64,000 bases of DNA, from positions 1,664,001-1,728,000 of the forward strand of contig CAXRHT010000002.1 in the NCBI GenBank assembly GCA_964230645.1, read 5' to 3'. The notes under the pieces were generated by a model. The model was given only the letters and a program-made list of their open reading frames with translations, was not told the origin of the DNA and did not search any database. Every line of letters starts with the position of its first letter. The stretch's first letter is position 1. The DNA is from Bdellovibrionales bacterium (GTDB lineage Bacteria > Bdellovibrionota > Bdellovibrionia > Bdellovibrionales > JAGQZY01). The position numbers and the translations under genes are program-made. Shown here one piece after another: positions 21,811 to 32,300 of the stretch.

Positions 21811-23885
21811 GCGACGTCCTTTCTTTCAAGGCACTCACTGAGAGGGAGCTGAATTTCAAAAATGGTTTCTTTACTTGAAGGTTTAAAAACAATATCTCCA
21901 TCATAGGAACGTAGGAAGCGACGAGAGATACTGAGCCCCAGGCCTGTACCTTCCTCTGAGGATTTGGTCGTAAAATTTGTTGTGAAAAGCTTTTTTTGGT
22001 TTTCTTTGGAAACACCTAAACCGTTGTCGATAATCTGAATTTTTAATTGATCGTCTTCAATAAAAGTACTCACCTGTACCCAGTACTCCTCTTTCAGTCC
22101 TCGAGTAAGACGAGCTTCCATTAAAGCCTGAAGAGAATTTCTCATGAGATTTGTGACAGCTTGGATAAACTCGTCACGATCGAGTATTACGATGGGATCC
22201 TGATCGAGAAATGTTTTTTTGATTTTAAAGCGTTGTTGATCGAAAAGATCCGCCATAATATAGCAACAATCATTAAGAAGATCATGGACGTTTTCTTTCT
22301 TAGAAACAGCATTGGTATTTCCAAGGCGCCTCATGCCGTGAATGATCTTTCCTATTCGGTCGCCCTCTTCTTTTATGAACTTCATATCCCGGGTCATCTC
22401 ATCTATTTGTCCCTCTAAGGAGGTTCGAATGGCATTGAGATTACCCATGTCTTCTAAGAAGATATTCTTTTCTTTTTCGATATCAGATGGGGCTTGCCAA
22501 CTTTCGACAAGCTTTGGAAAGCCGCCGTCCTGGTAGTCCTCAAGCCAAGCCTCTTCCAATTCAGATAATACTTCCACTGGCTCTTTGTAGTGACTGGATA
22601 CTTTCTTTTCAACAAGTCCCACTCGAGTTAAAAGACTTGTGAGCGGATTGAGAACCTCATGAGCTGTACGACCGGCCACTTCCCCCATCGAGGCCAACCG
22701 GGCTGTTCGAATAAGTGCCTCCTGAGCTTCACTTACTTTTTGATTTTGTATTTCTAATTCTGCGGTTCTTTCTCGCACCTTTTTATCCAATTCACGGTTC
22801 ATAACTTCAAGTTCATCACGAGAGCGCTTAAGATCAGCGATCATCTTATTAAAAGATTGACCTAAACTCACCGTCTCGTCCCGACCTTTTAGAGCGATGG
22901 GAGATTCTAAATCACCGCCAGAGGCATCCTTCATACGCTTTGCTAGAAGCGCTACATTCTCGGTCAATGTCTTCGACAATAGAAAGGCCGCTATAATCAC
23001 CATGGTCAGAACGATCGATCCAAAAAGGAGTGTCCGTACCGTTAACGACTTCACCACCTGGAAAACCTTCTCCTCTGGGGCGCGCGCAAAAACCATGACT
23101 TGATCTTGATAAGCCTTTGAATAAGCCGAGAGCCAGCCTTTTCCGTTTTCTTCTATGTGAGTGACACTGGTTTTAACACTCGAAGATTTAGCTTTTTTAA
23201 AAAGAATAGAGTTCGTTAATTTTGGGCGCCCAACAAGCTTTTCCACATTTTTTTGAACAAGAACCTCTCCCTCTTGATTCGTAATTTTAATATCACTGAT
23301 ATTGAGTAAAGAGATCGACTGTAAAAAACTATCCACTTTCAGATAAGCCACCAAAATTTTTTGACTCACCGGTCGCCCCTCTTCGTTGAGAACAAGAACC
23401 CTTTTTCCAAAAGCTAATAATGGGGGGAATCCCTCAAAACTGGAATTCCAAATTTTTTCTTTTTCTTTTGAAAAAGCTAATATCTTGTCTCTATCGGTGT
23501 AAACCTTTTTCCTTAGCTCCTCTTGGTCGACGCCATAGGTCTCGAAATATTCGTTTTTATAATAAGCGTTTTCTATGGAAGCCCCTTGGCTCGCAAAGGA
23601 AAAAAGAGCTATGACCTCTGAGTCTGCGTTGAAAATGCGACCAATAAGGTTTTTCTTCTCAGCGTCTGGGAGTTTAGCAAACAAGTGAAGTGTTTCGGCC
23701 ACCGACTTTAAACGCACATTGATTTCTGTGGAGAGATTACTCACCTGGCTTTTATTAAGATCGTAAACAAGCTGTGTCTTATCTGTTTTAAATACTGTGA
23801 TCGACATAAAAAGATAAAAGGACAAACAGATTAAGAGCAGCCCACTCATTACAATCAGAAATTTGGTCCGAATCGAAAATGTCAC
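21807..23885 (-). CDS. membrane sensor histidine kinase (periplasmic Cache-like domain + HAMP)
   Basis: Two TMs, HAMP (RDETVSLGQSFNKM), TAHEVLNPL, NLMRNS, DNGLGV, GTGLGL; GTG start with AAGGAG RBS. Confidence 0.92.
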   Translation of the reverse strand: MTFSIRTKFLIVMSGLLLICLSFYLFMSITVFKTDKTQLVYDLNKSQVSNLSTEINVRLKSVAETLHLFAKLPDAEKKNLIGRIFNADSEVIALFSFASQGASIENAYYKNEYFETYGVDQEELRKKVYTDRDKILAFSKEKEKIWNSSFEGFPPLLAFGKRVLVLNEEGRPVSQKILVAYLKVDSFLQSISLLNISDIKITNQEGEVLVQKNVEKLVGRPKLTNSILFKKAKSSSVKTSVTHIEENGKGWLSAYSKAYQDQVMVFARAPEEKVFQVVKSLTVRTLLFGSIVLTMVIIAAFLLSKTLTENVALLAKRMKDASGGDLESPIALKGRDETVSLGQSFNKMIADLKRSRDELEVMNRELDKKVRERTAELEIQNQKVSEAQEALIRTARLASMGEVAGRTAHEVLNPLTSLLTRVGLVEKKVSSHYKEPVEVLSELEEAWLEDYQDGGFPKLVESWQAPSDIEKEKNIFLEDMGNLNAIRTSLEGQIDEMTRDMKFIKEEGDRIGKIIHGMRRLGNTNAVSKKENVHDLLNDCCYIMADLFDQQRFKIKKTFLDQDPIVILDRDEFIQAVTNLMRNSLQALMEARLTRGLKEEYWVQVSTFIEDDQLKIQIIDNGLGVSKENQKKLFTTNFTTKSSEEGTGLGLSISRRFLRSYDGDIVFKPSSKETIFEIQLPLSECLERKDVA

Positions 23886-23944
23886 AATCTATCTCCTTGA
23901 TATCTTTTCGGATTTTTTGAATTTCCTCTTGAAATTTATTGTGA

Positions 23945-25156
23945 CTAACGAGGGGTCCTGAAGGCACTCTCTGCACTTTGGACCTGCTGACCGTCTTCCG
24001 ACTCCGATAAAGCTCTCACTGAATAGAGAGTATTGGGGGACAGACCTGAGAAAACCATACTATGGTCAGTCTTAAGTACATTATCCAAAGTGGACAATGT
24101 GATCTCACCAGTTGAGATATTTTTTATCTCAAGTTGAGAGGAGGCCTGAAGGCTTGTCTTCCAAACCACGTGAACCTCAGTTCTAGTGGTTGAGAGCACG
24201 CTAAAGTTTGTTAGCAACAACGGCTCCTCAGCGGCACATGGGTTACTCGCTTGCTCTGGGAACAAAAAGTTTTCGTTGGCCAAAGGTTTCCAACCTCTTT
24301 CGAGAAGTTCGTAATAACGCACAGTAGGCTCACTAGGGACTTGGGTGGAATCAAAAAAGCGAGCGTTACCGGCCTGGCCGCACTCGATATCTCCTGCGGG
24401 TGAATTCGGGTCAACTCCTTCTGGCATTTTTCTCCACAGAACATTTAGAGCGATATGGTAGCGAGGACCTTGAAAATATGTGAGAACGATATCTTTTTTC
24501 GTATCCTTATCCATATAAATCGATCGAACAGCACATCCCATCCTTGTGGATGTTTGTTCGCCATTATCAACAATTACCTCTTCTGAACCGTCAGGAAGTC
24601 TTTCAACAATTTTAGATCCATCATCGGAGAGAACGGCCATTTGATACCAGCCGGGCTCCTCATTTTCCGCAAGCATGAGTTGCGACTCAAGTCTAAGAGC
24701 AAAGTACTCGTAAATTGGCTCATCATTCTGGTTGAGAACAAGAGTGCCATCTTGGGTATAAAAGCCAAGATCAAAAGCTCTGGTGGGAATATAAAGTCGG
24801 TCGAAATAAACCGTGCTCTGAATGGGATGTCCGTTTTCAATATAGTCATCCACATGAGTGTAACGAGGCTGGTCGTCTTTTAAAAAAAGAAGATGCCCCA
24901 CAAGACCACGATCCCGTGCCGAAGATCCCGCTTCAAAGGGGTCACACACAGTGCGCTCAGGAGGAGTCAGTGGTGGAGGCGGAACTTCTCCCGGCTCGGC
25001 CACAACTTCAGTTTCACCTTCACTTCCACCCCCCTCATTCAAACAACCTGTTAACACAAGCATCTGCATCATAAGTATTGAGGGAACAAATATGGAAATG
25101 AAGAGATTTAGTAAAGGACGTCCAGCATACTTCTTCATCACCTCTAATTGTAGCAA
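23945..25156 (-). CDS. lipoprotein with PA14-like and C-terminal FN3-like domains
   Basis: LTGC lipobox; YFALRLES..GWYQMAVLSDDGS, YFQGPRYHIAL.V.W; FSGLSPNTLYSVR; exact start uncertain. Confidence 0.75.
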   Translation of the reverse strand: MLQLEVMKKYAGRPLLNLFISIFVPSILMMQMLVLTGCLNEGGGSEGETEVVAEPGEVPPPPLTPPERTVCDPFEAGSSARDRGLVGHLLFLKDDQPRYTHVDDYIENGHPIQSTVYFDRLYIPTRAFDLGFYTQDGTLVLNQNDEPIYEYFALRLESQLMLAENEEPGWYQMAVLSDDGSKIVERLPDGSEEVIVDNGEQTSTRMGCAVRSIYMDKDTKKDIVLTYFQGPRYHIALNVLWRKMPEGVDPNSPAGDIECGQAGNARFFDSTQVPSEPTVRYYELLERGWKPLANENFLFPEQASNPCAAEEPLLLTNFSVLSTTRTEVHVVWKTSLQASSQLEIKNISTGEITLSTLDNVLKTDHSMVFSGLSPNTLYSVRALSESEDGQQVQSAESAFRTPR

Positions 25157-25299
25157 GAGTTTCGTAAATTAGTGGTGAACTTTTGTTCTAGTTGTATCAT
25201 TCTGAATACAATTGACTGATAATTTCACATATCCATATCAACCTGAAACAGGATTAAAATGATTCTTTTAAAGTCGATAGCTTCCACCGATACTTAAGC

Positions 25300-26265
25300 A
25301 TGTATATGGGTGGTTATAGAAAATTAATTTTATTTTTTGGGTGTTTACTTGTTATTCCCGCTTTTCAAAACTGTGCTCCGATGAAAGGTATCGGTTCGGC
25401 CGAGAACAGCTCGTTAAACGCATCTGTTAACTATAAGTCAGTGCAGGCTATTTTAGATTCTCAGTGTCTGGCCTGTCATAGCACGGCGACAGCTTCCAAT
25501 GGAAACGTGGCACTTGATTCCTACCAAAGTGTTTTGGATTCAAATATTGTGGTTGGTGGTAATGCCGAAGCCAGTGCTCTTTACACCTCTGTTGAAAACG
25601 GCAGTATGCCCCAAGGAATGCCGCCTTTAAGCGATGCTGATGTACTAACAATTCGTTCTTGGATAAATGCCGGAGCCCCAGATGGAACCGGTTCTGTCTC
25701 AAACGAAATCCCATCCGTTGATTTAGGAAATGATCGTACAGTTACACTACCGATTAATAGTGTGGAGTTTTTTGCGATCGTTAATGATCCTGACGGAGCC
25801 ATATTAAATTCCCAGTGGACACAACAGAACGGTCCCTCTGTAGCCACTTTAAGTGGCACTAGTACAACGACTTTAACGGTCAGTGATCTTGAAGAAGGTC
25901 TTTATGTTTTCCAACTTATGGTGGAAGACGACCAAGGAGCCATTGTGAGCGAACAAGTGAGTTTAACAGTGATGGCAGACCCTAATCCTCCTGTGACTCC
26001 CACCGTCTTTTTCGCGGCAGACATCCAGCCCATTTTGACAGCGAGCTGTACTGGCTGCCATGGAGGAAACAACCCTTCTGACGACTATAATTTGGAGAGT
26101 TACGCCGGAACAGTGGCTAAGTTTGTAAATCCGGGTAATGCCTCTACTAGTACCCTGTACACAGAAGTACAGAGTGGAAATATGCCCAGGAACGCGGCTC
26201 CGCTAGCACCGGCTGATATTATGAAAATTCAAACTTGGATCAACGAAGGGGCTCTTGACAATTAA
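25300..26265 (+). CDS. lipoprotein with two c-type cytochrome domains flanking a PKD/Ig-like domain
   Basis: AFQNC lipobox; CLACH..MP..WINAGA; DPDG..WTQ..GP..G.YVFQL.VEDD.G; CTGCH..MP..WINEGA. Confidence 0.85.
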   Translation: MYMGGYRKLILFFGCLLVIPAFQNCAPMKGIGSAENSSLNASVNYKSVQAILDSQCLACHSTATASNGNVALDSYQSVLDSNIVVGGNAEASALYTSVENGSMPQGMPPLSDADVLTIRSWINAGAPDGTGSVSNEIPSVDLGNDRTVTLPINSVEFFAIVNDPDGAILNSQWTQQNGPSVATLSGTSTTTLTVSDLEEGLYVFQLMVEDDQGAIVSEQVSLTVMADPNPPVTPTVFFAADIQPILTASCTGCHGGNNPSDDYNLESYAGTVAKFVNPGNASTSTLYTEVQSGNMPRNAAPLAPADIMKIQTWINEGALDN

Positions 26266-26324
26266 TCGAGAATCTCTTTAATCATCGGGTAGACATCATT
26301 TGACTTTGTCCAGTAGGAGACACC

Positions 26325-26822
26325 ATGGAAGCGCAACAAGAATGGAAAAAATGCAGTTCCTGCAAAACCCCAATTCCCTATAATTCGAAATATTATGTCT
26401 GCAGTGTTTCAAGCTGCAATAATAAACGAACAGGCTACAATTTTTGCAGTGTGAGCTGTTTTGACCAGCATGTTCCAATGGCTCGTCACAAAGATGCCGG
26501 CGCTGTTGAAGAAATGTCTCCTAAAAAGCCTGCACCTGAACCTCCTAAGGGCCGACGCATTATCCCCACTCAAAATAAGCTTTCTAAACCATCAAACAAA
26601 CAGGTTTCAAAAGGTGGCGACGTATTGGTTATTGCCTCTCGCTTAAAAGAGTTCATTAACTCTCAGTCAGAGTTTAATACCTCAGCGGCCGTTATGGATG
26701 TCCTCTCCGATCACATCCGTCATGTGGCGATGCAGGCCATAGACAATGCCAGAGAGGATGGACGGAAAACCGTTATGGATCAGGACTTAAAGTTCCTTGA
26801 AAAACTCAATCTTAATATCTAA
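26325..26822 (+). CDS. zinc-finger-fused bacterial histone-fold protein
   Basis: C10,C13,C26,C31,C41,C45,H49,H55; Pro/Lys linker; LVIASRLKEFI..FNTS..LS..A..A...GRKTVMDQD. Confidence 0.85.
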   Translation: MEAQQEWKKCSSCKTPIPYNSKYYVCSVSSCNNKRTGYNFCSVSCFDQHVPMARHKDAGAVEEMSPKKPAPEPPKGRRIIPTQNKLSKPSNKQVSKGGDVLVIASRLKEFINSQSEFNTSAAVMDVLSDHIRHVAMQAIDNAREDGRKTVMDQDLKFLEKLNLNI

Positions 26823-27457
26823 AGACACTGGTTGATCAATTCGATCATCTCAGCGGATGTATTGTAATAAGAGCTATTCAGCGATGATGTTAAGTCATCC
26901 AAACAAGGCACTGTCCCTTTATCCGCAGGCGCGCAAGCATTAATCAATTCAAAGAGTTCAGAGCTTGTATTGTAGTAAGAGGAATTAAGTTTACTTTTAG
27001 CAAATCCCACACAGTCCACCCCTTCACTGGCCTGAACCTTTGAACACTGCCCAATAATTTCTATCATCTCTGCACGGGTGTTGTAATAAGAACTATTCAG
27101 AGTATTAAAGCTATCATCCATGCAGAGCACTGTTGCAGGGGTGGCCGCGGAACAGGCATCGGTGAGTTCAAAAAGCTCGCTGGGAGTATTGTATTGGGAA
27201 GAGTTTAGCTTGCCTTTGGCCTCATCAAGACATTCACTGGAGGCGTCCTCTTGGCCAGGTCCCACTTCGCACACATTATCAGCTAAGATATCATTGGTGG
27301 TTACAGTTTTCGTGAAGAATTCACCATTAACAGTTTCACAAACGGCTCGCCACTCGGTGTAGGAAAGCCGAATCAATTTGTCGACCCCATTGAGTTGGGC
27401 GATTGAAATCATTGGGAAAAGTACCATCAATAGTATAAGTGACGTCTTGTTTTTCAT
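26819..27457 (-). CDS. secreted Cys-rich tandem-repeat protein
   Basis: Signal peptide; four 36-37-aa repeats containing LNSS(Y/Q)YNT; AAAGGAG RBS. Confidence 0.8.
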   Translation of the reverse strand: MKNKTSLILLMVLFPMISIAQLNGVDKLIRLSYTEWRAVCETVNGEFFTKTVTTNDILADNVCEVGPGQEDASSECLDEAKGKLNSSQYNTPSELFELTDACSAATPATVLCMDDSFNTLNSSYYNTRAEMIEIIGQCSKVQASEGVDCVGFAKSKLNSSYYNTSSELFELINACAPADKGTVPCLDDLTSSLNSSYYNTSAEMIELINQCL

Positions 27458-27697
27458 GTGAAACTCCTTTGAGAGCTAGAAAGATAGAAGATCCAAACTT
27501 GTTAAAACACAGGATTTCTTTGCAATGAAATTATTATAAGACCTCACGTGTAGAAATCATTACATTGTGCGCTTTTAAAAACTTTCTAAAAGCTCAGTTT
27601 TGAATGAAAAAATCTAGAGTTTTCAGTCCCTCGGCACTAGTTTTTTCGCTAGCTTGGGACAACTTTTTGGGACGAAAACAAACATTGGGGAGGCCAC

Positions 27698-29311
27698 TTG
27701 AGCCGTTTAATTCTACTCATTTTTATATTAGCTCATAGCCAGATCTCTTATTCCAATAACTATCAACTCGCTAAAGAAGTGGGTCGGCAAGATTCTGGTG
27801 ACTTTCTTCTTTTAGAAAATCTCTTGGAGGAGAATCAGTTTCAAAGCCCTCTGGAGTTTCTGCAGTTTTGGAAATCGACAAAGCCTGAATATTTCGAAAA
27901 CTATGTGCTCGCTTACAGAAGTCGAAGTCTACAACAAGCTGACTTTTTAAGGCCACGAGCTCTTATCTTTAATGAAAATGCCGACATGATTATGGCCTTC
28001 AATGGTCACGAACAACACGAAGGTTATGATGCCGTTGAAATGGTTCGCTTTAATCACGACAACAAGGCTTTTGAATTTTACGAGTTGAACTTTAACGACA
28101 ACCAAGCCCAACTCTCCGGGCCCAACCCCCAAAAATGTATGGTCTGCCACCAGGCCACCAGTCGTAGTAATTTAGATCCTCGCCCCAATTGGGAACCCTA
28201 TAATATGTGGCCTGGATTTTATGGTAGCATTGATGATGACACTGATCTCAGACGTGACAGTGGCCACTTTCGTCGAGAGATGGAAGACTCAGGTGATGAG
28301 TTCTTACTGGATGAAGTGGATGTAGAGCCCGAAATGTTTTACCAATTTTCCTCCTATGTTCAGCCCGAACATGAACGTTACTCTCTTCTAAGTCAGAGCA
28401 CTATTGACCAATATGGCCGAGAAGAAACTTTGAATGGTGATTTAACCAACCGTCTTGCCGTTTTGAATTTTCAAAGAGTGGCAAGGATTATAAGAACAGA
28501 GCATCCTGAACTTTACGAAATTGTAAAGTGGACTGTTTATGGTCACGCCCGCTGTGGACGAAAACTTTTTATGAAAAAAGAGGCCGCGCGCTGGCTTTAC
28601 GAGAAAGTCGGTGGTTTAGATTTCCAACGCTTCGAAGAGGCCGCTGCTGAAATGGACAACCGACGAGTTGTTTATGGCGAGGGACCTGATGGCAGACGAT
28701 CGGCTTCAGCCGCTTATCGTCCACCTGTGCGCGATTTTTATAATATTCGCACCACCTATCTTATCGATATTCTTTTCGAGGCTTTTGGAGTGAACACCTC
28801 GGACTGGTCCATGGACTTTAAAACTTCCGGAGGGCGCTTTTCAGCCTTCGAAAGATTTGGTGTGACCAATGAGCCCGGACCTCCCTGGGTCTATGCCATC
28901 CGCTATGAATTTGCTAATGATCCTGATTTCGCCGATGAAGAGTCTTTTTCTTGTGATAAAGCGAAACAAAAAAGCCTTGAGGTATTTCCAGATCTGGATA
29001 CCACTCAATCGGTGTGGGCTTCACTGGCTCACCTTCGAGTGGACGCTCCTGAAAAACCCCTTATCCAAAGATGTATCCAATGTCATGTTGATGAAAATTA
29101 CGGACACCTTCCCTATATCCCATTTGATAATGAGGAGGCCTTGAGCGATGCACTTAAGGATCGTGGTTTCCAAAGAGGAACTTTGCTTGAAGAAATTTTA
29201 TTTCGCCTAGGCCCCCATGCCACTCACAGAGAGCAAATGCCACGCGGTCCTGTCCCTACTGATGAAGCCAGGGAAAACTTAATCATTTACCTTGAAAGCT
29301 TAGTCAATTAG
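27698..29311 (+). CDS. secreted di-haem c-type cytochrome, function unknown
   Basis: Signal peptide; CMVCH followed by PRPNWEPYNMWPG; C-terminal CIQCH..QMP; GGGAGG RBS before TTG. Confidence 0.75.
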   Translation: MSRLILLIFILAHSQISYSNNYQLAKEVGRQDSGDFLLLENLLEENQFQSPLEFLQFWKSTKPEYFENYVLAYRSRSLQQADFLRPRALIFNENADMIMAFNGHEQHEGYDAVEMVRFNHDNKAFEFYELNFNDNQAQLSGPNPQKCMVCHQATSRSNLDPRPNWEPYNMWPGFYGSIDDDTDLRRDSGHFRREMEDSGDEFLLDEVDVEPEMFYQFSSYVQPEHERYSLLSQSTIDQYGREETLNGDLTNRLAVLNFQRVARIIRTEHPELYEIVKWTVYGHARCGRKLFMKKEAARWLYEKVGGLDFQRFEEAAAEMDNRRVVYGEGPDGRRSASAAYRPPVRDFYNIRTTYLIDILFEAFGVNTSDWSMDFKTSGGRFSAFERFGVTNEPGPPWVYAIRYEFANDPDFADEESFSCDKAKQKSLEVFPDLDTTQSVWASLAHLRVDAPEKPLIQRCIQCHVDENYGHLPYIPFDNEEALSDALKDRGFQRGTLLEEILFRLGPHATHREQMPRGPVPTDEARENLIIYLESLVN

Positions 29312-29330
29312 ACGGGTTTCAATTATAAAC

Positions 29331-29363
29331 TCCCCTCCGACGGTCCTCGGAAAGACGGAGGGA
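29331..29363. terminator. hairpin between convergent genes
   Basis: CCCTCCG...CGGAGGG stem. Confidence 0.5.
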
Positions 29364-29375
29364 TAATCAAAACTC

Positions 29376-32300
29376 TTAGGACTCTTCTTGAGTAATCGCT
29401 CTAGCACCAAGGTTTCCATATCGATGGTATTGGTGAGAAATGGCTTGCTCTTCAAAGAAGTTGAGAAGCTCCACCCTTCCCTCCATCATCGGAGGCTGCC
29501 TAACAATAAAAGTAAGAGCTTCGGCGGCTTTTTGAAAAACGAACTCTGAAATGTTTTCCTGTTTGGCGTACATGATTCTATCCACTTCAGGGAAACTTTT
29601 CGCGAAATCAGCTTCTGATTCCCTTCTCATAAAATCATCTTCTTTTAATATTTTCTGAGAATAACGGAATAGAAATTGTGCCACCTTGTTATTGAGGTTT
29701 TCCTCAAGGCTGACTCGAATTCGTACTCCACAGACCTTCGCAGCTAAGATTCTCGCCATGGATTCAAATAAGCTGTCGCCATCGCAAACTCGAATAGTGA
29801 CATATTTCAGTTTTAAGTAACGAAAAATATTGTCCTCTCCACGCAACTTAAAGAAGTCTCTTTCCTTGGTGAACTCTTTTTCCAAGTTGTACATATAGCT
29901 CTGAAGAGCGGCCTGTAGTTTGCCTATGTCTTCCGACATTTCTGCAAATCGAGAATCCGTGTCCCAGCGATCGGCAAGTTTTACAAGTTTGCTTGAGCGC
30001 AGCTCGGGAACATGAGGCTTTCTTAGCTCTTTAAAGTTCATAAATTGACTGATGTAGTTGAAGTACCCAACTTTCCGGCCAGCTCCAATCGCAGACTTAC
30101 CAAGTCCTCCGAAAGGCTGCCTTAAAACGATGGCCCCTGTGGTTCCTCGGTTTACATAAAGATTCCCGGCTCGTAGGTTCTTCTTCCAGTAATCCACTTC
30201 GCGGTCATCTAAGGATTCAATTCCTGAAGTGAGGCCATAGCCGGTGGCATTTACAATTTCAACGGCATGCTTTAAATCATCCGCTCTCATAACAGCCAAA
30301 CAGGGACCAAAGAGTTCAGTCATATGACAAAAAGCCCCTTCTTTCACTCCCCACTTGATACTGGGTTTTAACATATACTCATTGTGGTCAGCGTATTCTG
30401 GTTTAAGAACCCAACTCTCACCCTCTTCAAGATGTTCAAGAGCCCATTTCAGATCCCCTGTCACAGGGCCGGCCATTGTTCCAATGCGATTTTTAAAATC
30501 CCAAACGGAGCCCACTTCTAAACTTTGAGCGGCATCGACAAGAGCGTCTCTAAATTTTCGGTCAAAATATATTTCGTTTTCCAAAATAAGCAGAGAGGTC
30601 GCTGAACACTTTTGACCACTGTTTGAAAAGGCCGAGTGAATAACATTCTTGATAGCCTGCTCGCGATCCGCCATGGCTGTAACAATCGTCGCATCCTTTC
30701 CTCCGGTCTCAGCCGTGAGGTAAAGGTTAGGACGAGCCTCAAGCATTTTTTGAGCTGTGGACTCCCCACCTGTGAGGATAACAAAATCAATTCTATCGTC
30801 TTTAATAAGATGTTCACCAGCCAGTGAGCCTGGGCAAGGAACAAACTGCAGAGTATTTTTACTTACTCCTGCGTCCCAGAAACATTTACACAATTCATAG
30901 GCACACATCACGGCATTGGAAGCAGGCTTGATTATGGCCGTGTTTCCGGCTGCCAAAGTGGCTGCAATTCCCCCAAGCGGAATAGCAATAGGAAAGTTCC
31001 AGGGTGGTACAACAAGTCCAATACCCTTTCCTTCAAACTCTAAATTTTTATGAGCCTCATAGTGCCGCGTACTCTCTGAGTAAAACTCAAGAAAGTCGAC
31101 GGCTTCACTGACTTCCACATCGGTTTCGGTAAAAACTTTTCCAACCTCGGCGGCGGCCACCCCGATAAGATCACCTCTTCGTTTTCTCACTTCGATCGCA
31201 ACATTGGATAAAATCTCATGGCGCTGACGGCGTGTAAGTTTTCTCCATTTGTCTGGATCTTCGGCGGCCACATCCACGGCTTGTTTTAAATCATCCGCAT
31301 TCGCCTTGGCGTATTGGCCGGCATCCACTTTCAAATGAAGCTGAGATTTGTCCGGCCGTTTTTCCACTTCACGTTCACCAATACGATCTTCACCAGCTAC
31401 AACGGTTGGGATGGTCTCTAGCTCATCGCCAGGACTCTTCATCCACTTTTCTCTGATTTTTTCAGCCCACCTCTGGTTGGCTTCCAAGATAAAATCGGTA
31501 TCCGGTTCATTGGTAAAGTTATAGGTATGGAATGTTCCTTCTTTGTAGTCATCCCAGTGCTCATCCATACGATTTTGTCTTCTCTTTTGACCAATAAACA
31601 AACCATCTCGGTTATCAAAAGAATCGATGAAATTTTGTTTGAGCATTTCCCACTCTTTACTGTCGGTGGTTAAACCAAAAGAGTAGCGAATAAAGTTATC
31701 TTCACTGGTGTTTTCATCCAAGCGGCGAACGAGATAGGCAATCGCATTGGTGAACTGCTCCTTCCCAGCGATCGGAGCGTAAAGAATAAGATTTTGACCT
31801 GAGACTTCTTTAATAGCAACCCTGGCCGCTTCACTCATTCCCTCAAGCATTTCGATGGAGAAATATTGCATCACATCGTAGTGCTTGGCGAGCTCAAGAG
31901 CATAGGCCAGCTCGAAGAGATTGTGTGAGGCAGCTCCTAAATGAACCGCCTTGGCGTTCTCAGGCTTTAAGGCGTATTCGGCCATAATCTTATAGTTACT
32001 ATCGGTATCAATTTTATCGGTGTATGTAGCCAAGCGCCAGCGACGGATGGAAGCTTCTGTTTTTTCCATCTCGTGGTTAGCCCCCTTTACAAGCCGAACT
32101 TTAATGGGAGCCCCGCCATCAGCCACACGTTTTTTTGCCCATTCTGTAAGATCTTTCTGCCAAATATGGGCGTCTGGTAAGTAAGCCTGCAATACAATTC
32201 CAGCGTGGTAGTCTTTGAGCTCTGGATCTTCAAGAGCCTCTTTAAAGGCTTCCACCGTGATGCGAAGATCGCGGTACTCTTCCATGTCAAGATTGACGAA

